Positions 38,262 through 48,330 of a stretch of DNA of 64,000 nt are shown piece by piece. A program made the position numbers and the translations under genes. Source of the DNA: an uncultured delta proteobacterium (GTDB taxonomy: Bacteria; Myxococcota_A; Polyangia; Polyangiales; Houyiibacteriaceae). The DNA is taken from positions 992,001 to 1,056,000 of the forward strand of contig CAVOVB010000001.1 of assembly GCA_963699755.1 (NCBI GenBank), given 5' to 3'. The notes under the pieces are model-generated. The model was not told where the DNA came from. It made no database searches and worked only from the letters and a program-made list of their open reading frames with translations. How positions within the stretch are numbered: the stretch's first letter is position 1; every line of letters begins with the position of its first letter.

Positions 38262-39232
38262 TCGCTTGGCGGCGCGACACCGATCAGGTCGATTTCCTGG
38301 CCGACCGATTGTGCCCTCGCCGTGTCGTAGATCGCCCGCGCGAGCGAGACATCCTGGATAGCTAGGCCCGTCGAGTCGAAGATGGTCGTCGTCGAGACGT
38401 CCGGTTTGGGGAGTAGACCCGCAACCACTTCGCCCAGGGTGCCGGCGAGCTGGTCGACCTCGAAGTCACCGGCGGCGAGGGGGACGTTGATTTCGCCACT
38501 TCCGGTGGCCTGATGAATGTCGTCGATATAGACCGCCGCGTTGTTCAGGAGCTCGGTCGCGAGCTCTTGCTTTCCCGCCGCATCGGCGCCCATCGCGTTG
38601 ATGTGTGCACCGCTTCGAATCCATTCGAGCTTCACGAAGGGGGTTCGCGATGGCGTCGCCGTACATACGATGTCCGCGCCAGCAGCTTCCTCCAGGGAAA
38701 CCACGCGGGCGCCGACCTGGTCGGCGAAGGCGGCTGCGGTCGCTTCGTTGCGGTCATACGCTAGGCTTTCGAAGCCATCGAATACGACACAGTGCGTACC
38801 ATGCAGCGTGTACGCCTGCGCCCCACAACCGATGAAAGCGATCGTCTTGGGGCCGCGTTGCGCGAGGTACTTGGATGCGATTGCGCCGGCTGCGCCTGTC
38901 CGAAGCGAAGTGAGCCAGGTACCATCCATGATCGCCAAGGGGAACGCGTTGGCGGGATCATTGAGCACATACACCGCCATGACCGTTGGCATCCCGAATC
39001 GCCTGCGATTCTGCGCGTGCACGTTCACCCACTTGATTCCCGCAGAGTCGCCGAGGCGCGACGGCATCGCACGGAAATCACCGTCGTGATCCGCGATCGG
39101 AAGATACACCTTGGGGGGCATCGTCGCCTCGCCGCGACCAAATGCCGCAAACGCAGGCTCTGCCGCAGAGACCGCGAGCTCCATCGTTGCCAGTCGTTCG
39201 ACGTCCGATCGTGTCAAGAGCAAGGTTCTCAT
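38258..39232 (-). CDS. Ornithine cyclodeaminase/mu-crystallin family protein (alanine dehydrogenase-like)
   Basis: MPPKVYL, DFRAMP, KWVNVH, LRTGA, GCGAQA, GAD..GKQE, FDSTGLAIQD. Confidence 0.9.
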   Translation of the reverse strand: MRTLLLTRSDVERLATMELAVSAAEPAFAAFGRGEATMPPKVYLPIADHDGDFRAMPSRLGDSAGIKWVNVHAQNRRRFGMPTVMAVYVLNDPANAFPLAIMDGTWLTSLRTGAAGAIASKYLAQRGPKTIAFIGCGAQAYTLHGTHCVVFDGFESLAYDRNEATAAAFADQVGARVVSLEEAAGADIVCTATPSRTPFVKLEWIRSGAHINAMGADAAGKQELATELLNNAAVYIDDIHQATGSGEINVPLAAGDFEVDQLAGTLGEVVAGLLPKPDVSTTTIFDSTGLAIQDVSLARAIYDTARAQSVGQEIDLIGVAPPSD

Positions 39233-39310
39233 CCGCTCAGCCTCCCCGGAAATTCTATTCGCGACTTGGCGCGTTGGGTATAGTCCGCCCGCCCCATAGG
39301 AACTAGGAGA

Positions 39311-39733
39311 ATGACCATGTCCCCCTCTATACTTGCGCTCGTCGGCTATGTCGCGTGGACGATCTTGTTGACGACGACGATCGTATTTTATCGCACCACG
39401 CTCGTCCTCAAGAAGGAGCGTGCTGCCAACCAGTTTTTACCTAGCGGCGAAGACGTTTCTCCGTTCTCGAATCGACTTTGCCGCGCACATGCGAATTGCT
39501 ACGAGAATCTTCCGGCTTTCGCGGCGTTGATTCTCTTGGCGCTGGTGACCGACAACGCCGGCATCACCGATCCGCTGGCACGCTGGGTCCTGGTCGCGCG
39601 AGTGGCACAATCGACGGTGCATCTTATTTCGACGAGCGAAATGGCCGTGTCGCTTCGAGCGGCCTTGCTCCTCGTTCAGCTAGGCATCGAGGCCTACTGG
39701 GTCGTTCAGCTTGGGCTCATGGGATTTAACTAG
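39311..39733 (+). CDS. MAPEG family membrane protein
   Basis: RAHANCYENLPAF motif; about 4 TM helices. Confidence 0.85.
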   Translation: MTMSPSILALVGYVAWTILLTTTIVFYRTTLVLKKERAANQFLPSGEDVSPFSNRLCRAHANCYENLPAFAALILLALVTDNAGITDPLARWVLVARVAQSTVHLISTSEMAVSLRAALLLVQLGIEAYWVVQLGLMGFN

Positions 39734-39741
39734 CCCTGATT

Positions 39742-42700
39742 TCAGTGAAAGTCGCGGGATTGGTGTGTGTGCTCGGCGAGTGAAACGTCTGGGGCCCATA
39801 GCGACTTTGCGATCAGGTGAATGACGCCATCGGCTTTTTGAATTTCTCCCGTCACGCCGAGTAGGGATGCGGTTTTGGCAAGCACGGCATGGCGGTCGAA
39901 GACCTGCTTCCAAACGACGACGTTGACGAAGCCGGTTTCGTCTTCGAGGGTGAAGAAAGTAACGCCAGACGCCGTGCCCGGACGCTGGCGGCAGATCACC
40001 ATGCCGACGTACTCGAGCTCGTCCCCGTGTCCGCAGCCATGGATTCGGCTTGCTTCGGGTATGCCTCGTGAACGAAGTGCGCCGCGAAGCCCTCGCATGG
40101 GATGGCCGCGTGTGCTGTGATGACTCGAGCGGTAATCCCAGATCACCTCGTCCTCACTTGCCAACGATGCGAATGAGATCTGACTCGGTCCAGGTTCGAG
40201 CGGTAAGGAATCCTGCACAAAGCGTGACAAGCTCCGTACCTGCCAAATCGCGTCGCGCCGGTTGAGACCGAAACACTCGAAGGCGCCCGCTTCAGCCAGC
40301 GCATGCAGGGCCTTCTTGTTGAGCCCGGTCCGTCGAACGAAGGTCGCTAGATTTGGCAGCGGCAGCTCCGTAGCTTCGATGCGCTCTCGCTCGAGGACTC
40401 CGAGCCCCTTCACATAGCGAAGTCCCATCCGCACCCCGTAAAGACGACGCTTTGCGTCGTTCAGGGGGCTTTGCCCCGTCTTGCTGTCTATCGGGAACAG
40501 GGTGCAATCCCATTGGCTTTTGTTGATGTCGATGGGGTGCACCTCGACGCCGTGGCGCTTCGCGTCTTCAACCAGTGTGGCCGGGCTGTAGAAGCCCATC
40601 GGCTGGGCGTTCAAGATCGCACAGGTGAACACCTCGTGGTGATGACGCCGGAGCCAAGCGGTGACGTAGGCCAGCAAGGCAAACGACGCGGCATGGCTCT
40701 CTGGAAAGCCGTACTCACCAAAGCCACGAATCTGCGAAAACACACGCTCCGCAAACTCCTCGGGGATGCCTTCTTCGAGCATACGCGGGACCATGCGCGC
40801 CCGGTGTTTCTCGATACGGCCGGACTTCCGCCATGCGGCCATGTCACGGCGCAACTGATCGGCTTCGCCTGCTGTGTAGCCGGCGGCTTCGACGGCTAGC
40901 TTCATGACTTGCTCTTGGAAAATCGGGATGCCGAGAGTCTTCTTCAAGATGCGCTCCAACTTCGGGTGTGGATAGACGACTTCTTCTTCGCCCTTACGCC
41001 GACGCAGGTACGGATGTACCATGTCACCTTGGATCGGACCGGGACGCACGAGCGCAACTTCGATCACCAAGTCATAGAAGGTCCGTGGCTTAAGCCGTGG
41101 CAGCATCGCCATCTGTGCACGGCTTTCGATTTGAAAGACCCCGACTGTATCGCCTTTCGACACCATCTCGTACGTGGCCTCATCTTCGGCAGGGACTGTC
41201 GCGATCTCGAGGTCCTGCCCTTTGTGCTCGCGCAGTAGATCAAACGCGCGGTGAATGCAGCTGAGCACTCCGAGGCCCAAGAGATCGACCTTGAACAGGG
41301 CCAAATTGTCGACGTCGTACTTGTCCCACTGGATGACGGTGCGGGCCCCCATGCTTGCCGGCTCGATTGGAACGATCTCGTCGACGGGACGATGACCTAG
41401 AAGGAACCCGCCCGGGTGAATCGATAAATGCCTTGGAAAATCGAGCACTTGAGTCGCTAGAGACCAGAGCAGCTGAGTAGCCGGAGCGTCCTTGTCGAGG
41501 CCGGCTTCTCGAAGGAGCTCGGGGTTGAAGCTGTCGTCGCGATGCCTCAGTAGTCGTGTCGCGGTCTCCAGATCCGTTCGGGCCAGGCCGAGCACTTTGC
41601 CGACATCACGGACCGCAGAACGAATACGATAGCGAATGATGTTTGCGACCATCGCGGCATGGCGGCGCCCGTATTTTTCGTAGACGTGTTGAATGACTTC
41701 TTCGCGACGCTCGTGCTCGATGTCGAGGTCGATATCTGGTGGCTCGGCACGTTCGACGCTCAAGAAACGTTCGAACAACAAGTCCATGCGCACGGGATCG
41801 ATTGCGGTTATTCCTAGACAAAAACAGACTGCGCTGTTGGCGGCACTGCCGCGCCCTTGACAGAGGATGTTTTTCTGACGGCAGTATTGAACGATTTCGT
41901 ACATCGTGAGGAAGTAGCCGCCATAGTCCAGCTTGCGAATGATCTGAAGCTCGCGTTCGATCTGAGCGCAAACGTCATCGGGCACTTTGCCCCGGTAGCG
42001 CGTCCGCGCACCGCGAAACGTGAGCTCGCGCAACCAGCCTTGCTCGTTGTGGCCGGAAGGAAGACGCTCTTCTGGATATCGATAACGAAGGTCATCGAGG
42101 CTGAACGTGCACTGTTCAGCGATCTCGATCGTGCGACGAAGGCAGGCAGGGTCGTCCGAAAAGAGACGTTCGAGCTCCTCGGCAGGTTTGAGGTCGTGCT
42201 CCGCGTTTGCGCAGATCGTACGGCCGGCTTCCGAAAGCACTTTCCCCTCGCGAATGCAGGTCAAAACGTCCTGAAGTGGGCGCCGGATCTTGTCGTGATA
42301 GAGGACTTCGTTGACACCGACCGTCTGAACTTCGAGCTCTCTTGCGACAGAGCGCAAGGTTTTTTCTTTTGGCTTTTCGTGATCGCTCAGATGACGAGCG
42401 CAAAGGGCGAACACCGAGGAAGGTCCATGGCTCGCGTGCAGGGCGCGCAAGGCTTCAGGCCTTGTGGAGAGAAAGAACAAGTCGTGCAACGGATCCAGCT
42501 CTTTGCTGTGAATGAGAGAAACTCCCTTCTCGCAGCGGGCATGACCGATTGACAAGATTCTGCAGAGATCAGCATAGCCGCGTCGCGTCTTGGCGAGAGC
42601 AACGACATGCTCTGCATGCCCTTCGATCTCGACCATGAGCTGAGCCCCGATCACAATTCGGATCCCGAGCTCTTTGGCTCTCATATGTGCGCGTACGAGG

Positions 42701-42840
42701 CCATACACCCCGTCACGGTCGGTCATTGCAACTGCAGAAAGACCGAGCGCATGTGCACGTTCGACCAGCTCTTCGGGAAAGGATGCGCCTTCCAAAAAGC
42801 TGTGGTTGCTCTTGACCCACAACGGCACGTAAGCGCTCAT
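39742..42840 (-). CDS. dnaE2: Error-prone DNA polymerase III alpha (DnaE2/ImuC)
   Basis: PHP domain, GRGSAANS, EPPDIDLDIEH, HPGG, YGFPESH, C-terminal SRDFH. Confidence 0.96.
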   Translation of the reverse strand: MSAYVPLWVKSNHSFLEGASFPEELVERAHALGLSAVAMTDRDGVYGLVRAHMRAKELGIRIVIGAQLMVEIEGHAEHVVALAKTRRGYADLCRILSIGHARCEKGVSLIHSKELDPLHDLFFLSTRPEALRALHASHGPSSVFALCARHLSDHEKPKEKTLRSVARELEVQTVGVNEVLYHDKIRRPLQDVLTCIREGKVLSEAGRTICANAEHDLKPAEELERLFSDDPACLRRTIEIAEQCTFSLDDLRYRYPEERLPSGHNEQGWLRELTFRGARTRYRGKVPDDVCAQIERELQIIRKLDYGGYFLTMYEIVQYCRQKNILCQGRGSAANSAVCFCLGITAIDPVRMDLLFERFLSVERAEPPDIDLDIEHERREEVIQHVYEKYGRRHAAMVANIIRYRIRSAVRDVGKVLGLARTDLETATRLLRHRDDSFNPELLREAGLDKDAPATQLLWSLATQVLDFPRHLSIHPGGFLLGHRPVDEIVPIEPASMGARTVIQWDKYDVDNLALFKVDLLGLGVLSCIHRAFDLLREHKGQDLEIATVPAEDEATYEMVSKGDTVGVFQIESRAQMAMLPRLKPRTFYDLVIEVALVRPGPIQGDMVHPYLRRRKGEEEVVYPHPKLERILKKTLGIPIFQEQVMKLAVEAAGYTAGEADQLRRDMAAWRKSGRIEKHRARMVPRMLEEGIPEEFAERVFSQIRGFGEYGFPESHAASFALLAYVTAWLRRHHHEVFTCAILNAQPMGFYSPATLVEDAKRHGVEVHPIDINKSQWDCTLFPIDSKTGQSPLNDAKRRLYGVRMGLRYVKGLGVLERERIEATELPLPNLATFVRRTGLNKKALHALAEAGAFECFGLNRRDAIWQVRSLSRFVQDSLPLEPGPSQISFASLASEDEVIWDYRSSHHSTRGHPMRGLRGALRSRGIPEASRIHGCGHGDELEYVGMVICRQRPGTASGVTFFTLEDETGFVNVVVWKQVFDRHAVLAKTASLLGVTGEIQKADGVIHLIAKSLWAPDVSLAEHTHQSRDFH

Positions 42841-44322
42841 TCAATCGAGCACTCCATGCAAGAACCAGCGCCTTCGCGGACGATCGTAGAAGAGCCAAAG
42901 CAAGTCGCCCTGATCGGTTTCTGCGTAGTAGTAGTCGCGTTCGACGAGACGCTTCCACCAGCCACCGCTCACGCGATACGGGCCATACATGTGCTCGATA
43001 GAATGCTCTTTCGCGAGTGAAGGCCCGGCCTCGGGCTCCTCGGGGATACGGGGAGGGAGCGGCTTGGGACGAGCAAAAACCCTTCTAACCATTGAGGAAA
43101 TTGGGCCTATCGCGGCTTGCTCGCCCATTCGAGCCTGCTGAATGGGCTCCCAGCGAAAGGAGGCCTCCGGCAAATGCGCCTCTCGCAGGCGTGCCCGGGT
43201 CACCGACTGTTCGCCGTATGCTGCACGAACTCGGTCGAGCGCGCGATGTGCAGCTCTCATGTCGCGACGGGCTTGATGACCGGGGAGCGCAACTTGCTCT
43301 GCCTGTGAGCGCACCGTCTTGGCGACGATCTCCACTTCTTCGACTGCGCCTTGCAAGCTCCGTTCGCCGAGGCGAAGGCGGATGAGCTCGAGTAACAACA
43401 TCAGATCCAAGGTCGGTGATGCTGGCTCGATTTGTTCTTGGTGAAGAGGTGCGCGCTCCAAATGCAATGAAAGCTCGAGTGCTTGAATTGATTCTCCACG
43501 GGCACGAACCTGATGCAGCAAGGAATGCAGAGCGCCTTTGACTGCAAACAGCAAACGGCTCTGATCTCTGTCGGGAGGCTCGACTTGAAAAGCGATGCGA
43601 GCGGGCTCTTCGAATGCATGTGGCTGAATCGGCAGCTGCATGTCTTCGGAAAACGAATCGTGAAGCGTGCTTGCCCTAGTGCCGAAACGACTCAGAAGCT
43701 CTCCTCCAGGAACTGCGAGAAAATCACCGAGTGTTTCGATGCCTAATGCACCAAGACTTTCGCAAAGATCTCCAGGCAGATCGAATTCACGAAGCAAGGT
43801 TTTGTTCGAACGTTCGATCTCTTCCTCGACGCTCTTCGAGATGTAGACTCCGCTCTGTGCCATGGAGACCGCGAGCGCTCGCTGGCGATGAAAGCCAACG
43901 GTCACCGAGTTACGCCAATGTCGGGCGCGCAAATACCGGTGAATCGAGATCGCCCAGTTGCGATAACCGCCATAAAGGCGCCGTAGACCTTCGGGATCGA
44001 GCTGGAACGCGCCAGCCCGATCGAGCGCTTCGACCCGGGGAGAGAAGGTTTGAAGCGCAGAGATCAGCTCTCGGCTGACTTCCGAGGTCTGCTCGGGCAA
44101 GAGGACGGCGGTATGCAGGTTCGGAAGGAGATCACGCGCCACGGTTTGTCGCATGCCAATGCGAAGGCGGTTCTTCTTTGCAAACGCGTTGAGGTGCGTG
44201 ATGCGGCCGTTCGGGCCTTCGTCATCGACAAGGGCAACGGGTGCTGCGCGCCAGCACGGCTTTTGCCGCAAGAGAATTTGCAACGGGAGCATCGGCAAAA
44301 GAACGCAACTCACCCGCCTCAT
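42841..44322 (-). CDS. imuB: Y-family polymerase-like ImuB
   Basis: FSPRVE, GPYRVSGGWW..RDYY, terminal FLHGVLD; between imuA-like gene and dnaE2. Confidence 0.9.
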   Translation of the reverse strand: MRRVSCVLLPMLPLQILLRQKPCWRAAPVALVDDEGPNGRITHLNAFAKKNRLRIGMRQTVARDLLPNLHTAVLLPEQTSEVSRELISALQTFSPRVEALDRAGAFQLDPEGLRRLYGGYRNWAISIHRYLRARHWRNSVTVGFHRQRALAVSMAQSGVYISKSVEEEIERSNKTLLREFDLPGDLCESLGALGIETLGDFLAVPGGELLSRFGTRASTLHDSFSEDMQLPIQPHAFEEPARIAFQVEPPDRDQSRLLFAVKGALHSLLHQVRARGESIQALELSLHLERAPLHQEQIEPASPTLDLMLLLELIRLRLGERSLQGAVEEVEIVAKTVRSQAEQVALPGHQARRDMRAAHRALDRVRAAYGEQSVTRARLREAHLPEASFRWEPIQQARMGEQAAIGPISSMVRRVFARPKPLPPRIPEEPEAGPSLAKEHSIEHMYGPYRVSGGWWKRLVERDYYYAETDQGDLLWLFYDRPRRRWFLHGVLD

Positions 44323-44951
44323 GAGCTGCCTCGCAAACCGGATGGAGCGATTGGGATGATCGACGAAAGCTCGGTGGCAATGCCGACTTTGTCTTTGAGA
44401 ACATGCGTGTGAACTTCGAAGTGATCGGCTCGAAGAGAACCGCGTTGCGGCTCAACGCGCAAACCAACCAAAGGGCCGGATGAGGGTTCCTCTCGAGCAT
44501 TCGAAGTGAGTAAGAGAATACGTCCGTCATGCTTGCGCAAGAGACCTTGAAGACGGCCTTGCCAGTTGACCGAAGAACCGGGCGGGAGCGCATCGCTGAG
44601 GTCGATGACCGTCAAGCCGAAGGCACCAGAACGCGCAAGCCACTCGGCAACGCGAACCAACGCGAACGGACCTACATGACGCGGCACGTGAATTGCGATG
44701 AACGAATCGAGGTTCACTCCCGCCGCATCGAGGTCGGGAGGAAACAAGGCGCCGTCTTTGGGCTGTACCCAGGCGACCAGCTCGGCGCGCGCCTGCGCCT
44801 GGATCACACAGGACACCGCCGTGGTCGTCCGCGCACAGGCATGCCTGCCAGAAACCTCGACCAAGCGCCCCCGAGGCAGGAGCTCCGAGAGCGGTAAAGC
44901 TTTCGCTCTAACCCGCCGAGCCTCAAAATCGATGACAGTCCCAAAAGCCAT
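44319..44951 (-). CDS. imuA: RecA-like ImuA
   Basis: LPRGRLVEVSG, degenerate Walker A ACARTT, AWV..LFPPDL, RSGAFGLTVID; ATGA overlap with imuB. Confidence 0.82.
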   Translation of the reverse strand: MAFGTVIDFEARRVRAKALPLSELLPRGRLVEVSGRHACARTTTAVSCVIQAQARAELVAWVQPKDGALFPPDLDAAGVNLDSFIAIHVPRHVGPFALVRVAEWLARSGAFGLTVIDLSDALPPGSSVNWQGRLQGLLRKHDGRILLLTSNAREEPSSGPLVGLRVEPQRGSLRADHFEVHTHVLKDKVGIATELSSIIPIAPSGLRGSS

Positions 44952-44967
44952 GGGACCACCCAATATA

Positions 44968-44983
44968 CTGAACAAAATAACAG
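44968..44983 (-). promoter_or_regulatory. LexA (SOS) box upstream of imuA
   Basis: CTG-N10-CAG; coding strand CTGTTATTTTGTTCAG ends in GTTCAG as in the Myxococcus LexA operator; 16 nt upstream of the imuA ATG. Confidence 0.75.
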
Positions 44984-45075
44984 TTACAAGGAGGATACGC
45001 GTCCGCCTCCTAAACTATTGAAAACAAAAGGAATTTATGCTGGAACGGTCCATCTAGCCGACTTGAGGGGCTTGT

Positions 45076-47355
45076 TCAGACAAGGGTTTGCACCTCCTGT
45101 GCCATCTCGGAAGGCGTGCGATCGCCAAGCCCTGCTGCATGCTGAGTCGCGATGCCGCGAACGACTTCACTCTGGTCCTGCATCATCTGGCTCAGCGCTT
45201 CTTCGTGGGACATCGAGCGCAGGGTTACCCCGAGCGCGGCGGCAGCAATGCGCGCTCGACGCTCCGCCGGCTCTCCTCGGTCGACGATCACTAACACCGC
45301 CTCGCGAAAATAGCCTGGCAATGTCGCTTCCAATACTTCGTGGCTTGCTGCCTGCAAGCGATTGTTCTCGCTCGTCACGCCTCGCCAAACCAAGGCGAAA
45401 TTTTCCTCGGCATGCCTGAGACCCATCAACGAGAACGCTTGCTCCAAGGTTGCCCGCTCCTTGTCTTGGAGCGCGATGCGCAACAGCTCTGCACCTGGCG
45501 TATCCGGACTGCCACTGCCTTCGATGGCCGCGCGCCACTGGAGAAGCTGCACCACGCGTACCAAGCTCGCGCGAAGCTGTTCCTGCAAGAGCGCGTCGTC
45601 GAGAACCGTAGAAGGATGGCTCGCTTGTAAGCGGCCCAGGGCTCGCAGGATCCTCATGCGCAAGCCTCTTTCCTGCTCCCGATCCAAGTGCCGAAGTAGA
45701 ATGTCAGCAGCTTTCTGTGGCTCGAAAAGGATGATCGTATATGGAATGCGAAGACGTACCTTCCAGGGCACCGACGGGTCCGAAAGCGCCGTTTCGAGCG
45801 CATCCAAGGCCTCGGGTCCGATCGCCAGGATCGCTTTGCGCGCGCGCGCTCGCAATTCGGAGCTCCCGAGAAGCGACAAGAGAAGCGGCAGATAGCGTGG
45901 CTCCGGATTTCCCTCCATGGCGCGCAGGGTCTGGAAGCGGACCGAATCGTCATCGTTCACGATCAGCTTGGTCAGGATTTCGTGGAAGACCGCCCCGCCT
46001 TCGTGCGGAATCGCACCTGCGCGGGGCGACTGAGTATGCGAGTTTCCCGTGCCAATCCATTCATCCGACTTGGCGGCCGTCCCGCCGCTGCTGGCGAATG
46101 CCTCGCGCTCGAGCCGCATGTCGATGACGCCGTGCCGAAGTCGCGCGCGGAACTGATCCACGTACTGACGGCGCGTCGACATGATCGCCATGAGCCAGCC
46201 TAGGACGAGAAATAGCAGCGACACGGCGAGCTGCCGGGTGCTCAGCCCCACGCCGACAGCCGCGATGATGAGCAACGATGCCAGCGCCTGCCCCACGCGA
46301 TGCCCGAACACCTCGATCAAGCCCTTCGCCCGTTCGCGCCGTCGGCTGTCGAGCGGCAGGTAGAGCACCTCGATTGCGCCTCGATAGAGCGTGTGACGCA
46401 GGCTCCCATCGACCGCTTTGAGCGCCACGGCAAAAGGCAGAATCGGCCCGATGGCTAGGCCGAGAGCGCCGCCGAAGACCAAGGCAGGCAGAAGCGCCGA
46501 GCTTCGATGGGCGCCGAATGCACGCAAGAGCCAGCCCGCGCCAACGAGCTGCACCAGTAGCGCCACCGTGTTCAAGCCGAGGTAGAAGCGTGCGAAAAAC
46601 GGACCGAGCCCGGCGGGTGGAATCTCGGCCGCGACCGTGCTCTTGAAGACGAAATCGACGATCGTCAGCGTAATCGTTCCCATCAGCACGAACCCGAGGA
46701 TGCGTGCGAGATACTTGTCCCGAAGAAGCCAGCGCATCGATTGCCGCGGTTCAACGCTGGGCTGGTCCGTGGGCGCGACGCTCCGGCTCTTCCATAGAAA
46801 CGGTGTAGCTCCGGCTAGCGCCAGAACCGCGGCGGCAGTGAAGACGAGCGCAAGGGGTGAAGCTAGTCGGAGCACGCCTTCTGAAAGCAAGGACCCGAAC
46901 GTGGCGCCGGTCACGCCGCCGGCTGCAATGGCGGGAAAGATGCGTTTCGCTTGCCTCACAGTCACCGCGTCGTCGAGCAAGAGCCAAAACTCGATCAGGA
47001 CGACCGTAATCAGCAATCCCGTCCAAATGTAGAATCCAAACGGCGCCCAGGAGCCAAGCTCCTCGAGCAGTGCCCAGAAGCCAAGCGTCACCAGCGCGCC
47101 AAACACGAGGGATGCCGACAATAGCCGTCTTCGATCGCGGACGCGGCGAAGCACCTGCTCGTGGATCTTCAACTCCACGATCGCGAGCACGGCAATGGCC
47201 AGATAGGCCCGTGGCAAATGTTCGGCCGGTAAGCTCGTCAGAAACAAGGTGTCACGGGCCGTCTCCATGACCGAATGCGCAGTCGTGATCGCAAGCAAGC
47301 CGATGAAGCCCACTGCCAAGTTCCTTCGATCCTCGCGGCGAACGGAAAAACGCAT
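45076..47355 (-). CDS. TLC/Npt-like MFS nucleotide transporter fused to HEAT repeats
   Basis: ETARDTLFL, FW..QAKRIF, VDFVFK, DGSLRHTL..EVLYLP; about 12 TM then HEAT-like helical repeats. Confidence 0.8.
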   Translation of the reverse strand: MRFSVRREDRRNLAVGFIGLLAITTAHSVMETARDTLFLTSLPAEHLPRAYLAIAVLAIVELKIHEQVLRRVRDRRRLLSASLVFGALVTLGFWALLEELGSWAPFGFYIWTGLLITVVLIEFWLLLDDAVTVRQAKRIFPAIAAGGVTGATFGSLLSEGVLRLASPLALVFTAAAVLALAGATPFLWKSRSVAPTDQPSVEPRQSMRWLLRDKYLARILGFVLMGTITLTIVDFVFKSTVAAEIPPAGLGPFFARFYLGLNTVALLVQLVGAGWLLRAFGAHRSSALLPALVFGGALGLAIGPILPFAVALKAVDGSLRHTLYRGAIEVLYLPLDSRRRERAKGLIEVFGHRVGQALASLLIIAAVGVGLSTRQLAVSLLFLVLGWLMAIMSTRRQYVDQFRARLRHGVIDMRLEREAFASSGGTAAKSDEWIGTGNSHTQSPRAGAIPHEGGAVFHEILTKLIVNDDDSVRFQTLRAMEGNPEPRYLPLLLSLLGSSELRARARKAILAIGPEALDALETALSDPSVPWKVRLRIPYTIILFEPQKAADILLRHLDREQERGLRMRILRALGRLQASHPSTVLDDALLQEQLRASLVRVVQLLQWRAAIEGSGSPDTPGAELLRIALQDKERATLEQAFSLMGLRHAEENFALVWRGVTSENNRLQAASHEVLEATLPGYFREAVLVIVDRGEPAERRARIAAAALGVTLRSMSHEEALSQMMQDQSEVVRGIATQHAAGLGDRTPSEMAQEVQTLV

Positions 47356-47428
47356 GTTTCAGATGCAACTTATCGTCAAAATCGAAACAGGGACATTTCT
47401 AGCGCATTGAACGCTCCACACAGAGGAG

Positions 47429-48328
47429 CTAGCCGCCACGCCGCGACTCCAGCTCTTCGACCGAGCGCGGCCAGTCGCCCTTGAGCAGCCTCGAAAGAGC
47501 ACGGTCGGCGAGGAGCTTGCCGTCGGTTTGGCAGGTCGGGCAGTAGTTGGTTTCGCGACTCGCAAAGACAATTCGCTGAATCGGGTCTCCACAGCTCGGG
47601 CATGGCTCTCCGTACTTCCCGTGCGCCGCCATTTCTGGCCGAAACGCGGTCACCTTCTCTGGAAACGATTCGCCGTGCTGCTCGATCAGGCGCGCCGACC
47701 ATTCTGAGAGGACATTCTGCGTCGCCTCGTGCAAGCGCTGGACTTGCTCCTCCGTCATTCGCGTCGTCCAGAGCAGAGGGGAGAGCTTGGCGCGGTGAAG
47801 AATTTCATCCGAGTACGCGTTGCCAATGCCGCTGAAGATCTGGGGGTCGGTCAGCGCGCGTTTCACGGTGTGGTTTCGTTCGAGCAGCGCATCCTTGAAC
47901 TCGGGGTAGTCGACTCCGAGTGGCTCGATTCCACCGGGGTCGTGTGCGAGGAGGCCGTCTTCTCCGCGGCAAAGGTGTAAAGCCGCGCGCTTCTTCTTGC
48001 TGGCCTCCGTCAGCAGAAGCGTTCCCTCGTCGAAGTCGAATGCGGCGAGCCCCATTCGACCGGGGATCTTCTGTCCTGGGGGTTTCCAGCGAAACCGGCC
48101 AGCAATCATCAGGTGGATCACGATGTACAGGTCATCCTCGAGACCCAGCACGATTCGTTTCCCGAGTCTGCGCAATCTGAGGACTCGCTTCCCCAGCAGC
48201 TCGTCGACTGAAGGTTCTACCGTCCGGAGCAGGAACGGTGATGCGATGCGGACAGCGCGGAGCGTCTGGTCGAGCACCCGCGGCCGCAGTGCGTGAAGGT
48301 AGAGCTCGACGTCGGGAAGCTCGGGCAT
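47429..48328 (-). CDS. mutM: Fpg/Nei family DNA glycosylase
   Basis: N-terminal PELPDV, HLMIAG, H2TH GIGNAYSDE, zinc finger CPSC..CPTC. Confidence 0.88.
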   Translation of the reverse strand: MPELPDVELYLHALRPRVLDQTLRAVRIASPFLLRTVEPSVDELLGKRVLRLRRLGKRIVLGLEDDLYIVIHLMIAGRFRWKPPGQKIPGRMGLAAFDFDEGTLLLTEASKKKRAALHLCRGEDGLLAHDPGGIEPLGVDYPEFKDALLERNHTVKRALTDPQIFSGIGNAYSDEILHRAKLSPLLWTTRMTEEQVQRLHEATQNVLSEWSARLIEQHGESFPEKVTAFRPEMAAHGKYGEPCPSCGDPIQRIVFASRETNYCPTCQTDGKLLADRALSRLLKGDWPRSVEELESRRGG

Positions 48329-48330
48329 GT

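Noticed and set aside
45011..45040. AT-rich tract TAAACTATTGAAAACAAAAGGAATTTA as an att site or repeat
   Set aside because: Single copy in the window; adequately explained as the imuA upstream promoter region.
45064..45079. Second GTTCAG as another LexA box
   Set aside because: No CTG/CTA left arm at the correct spacing.
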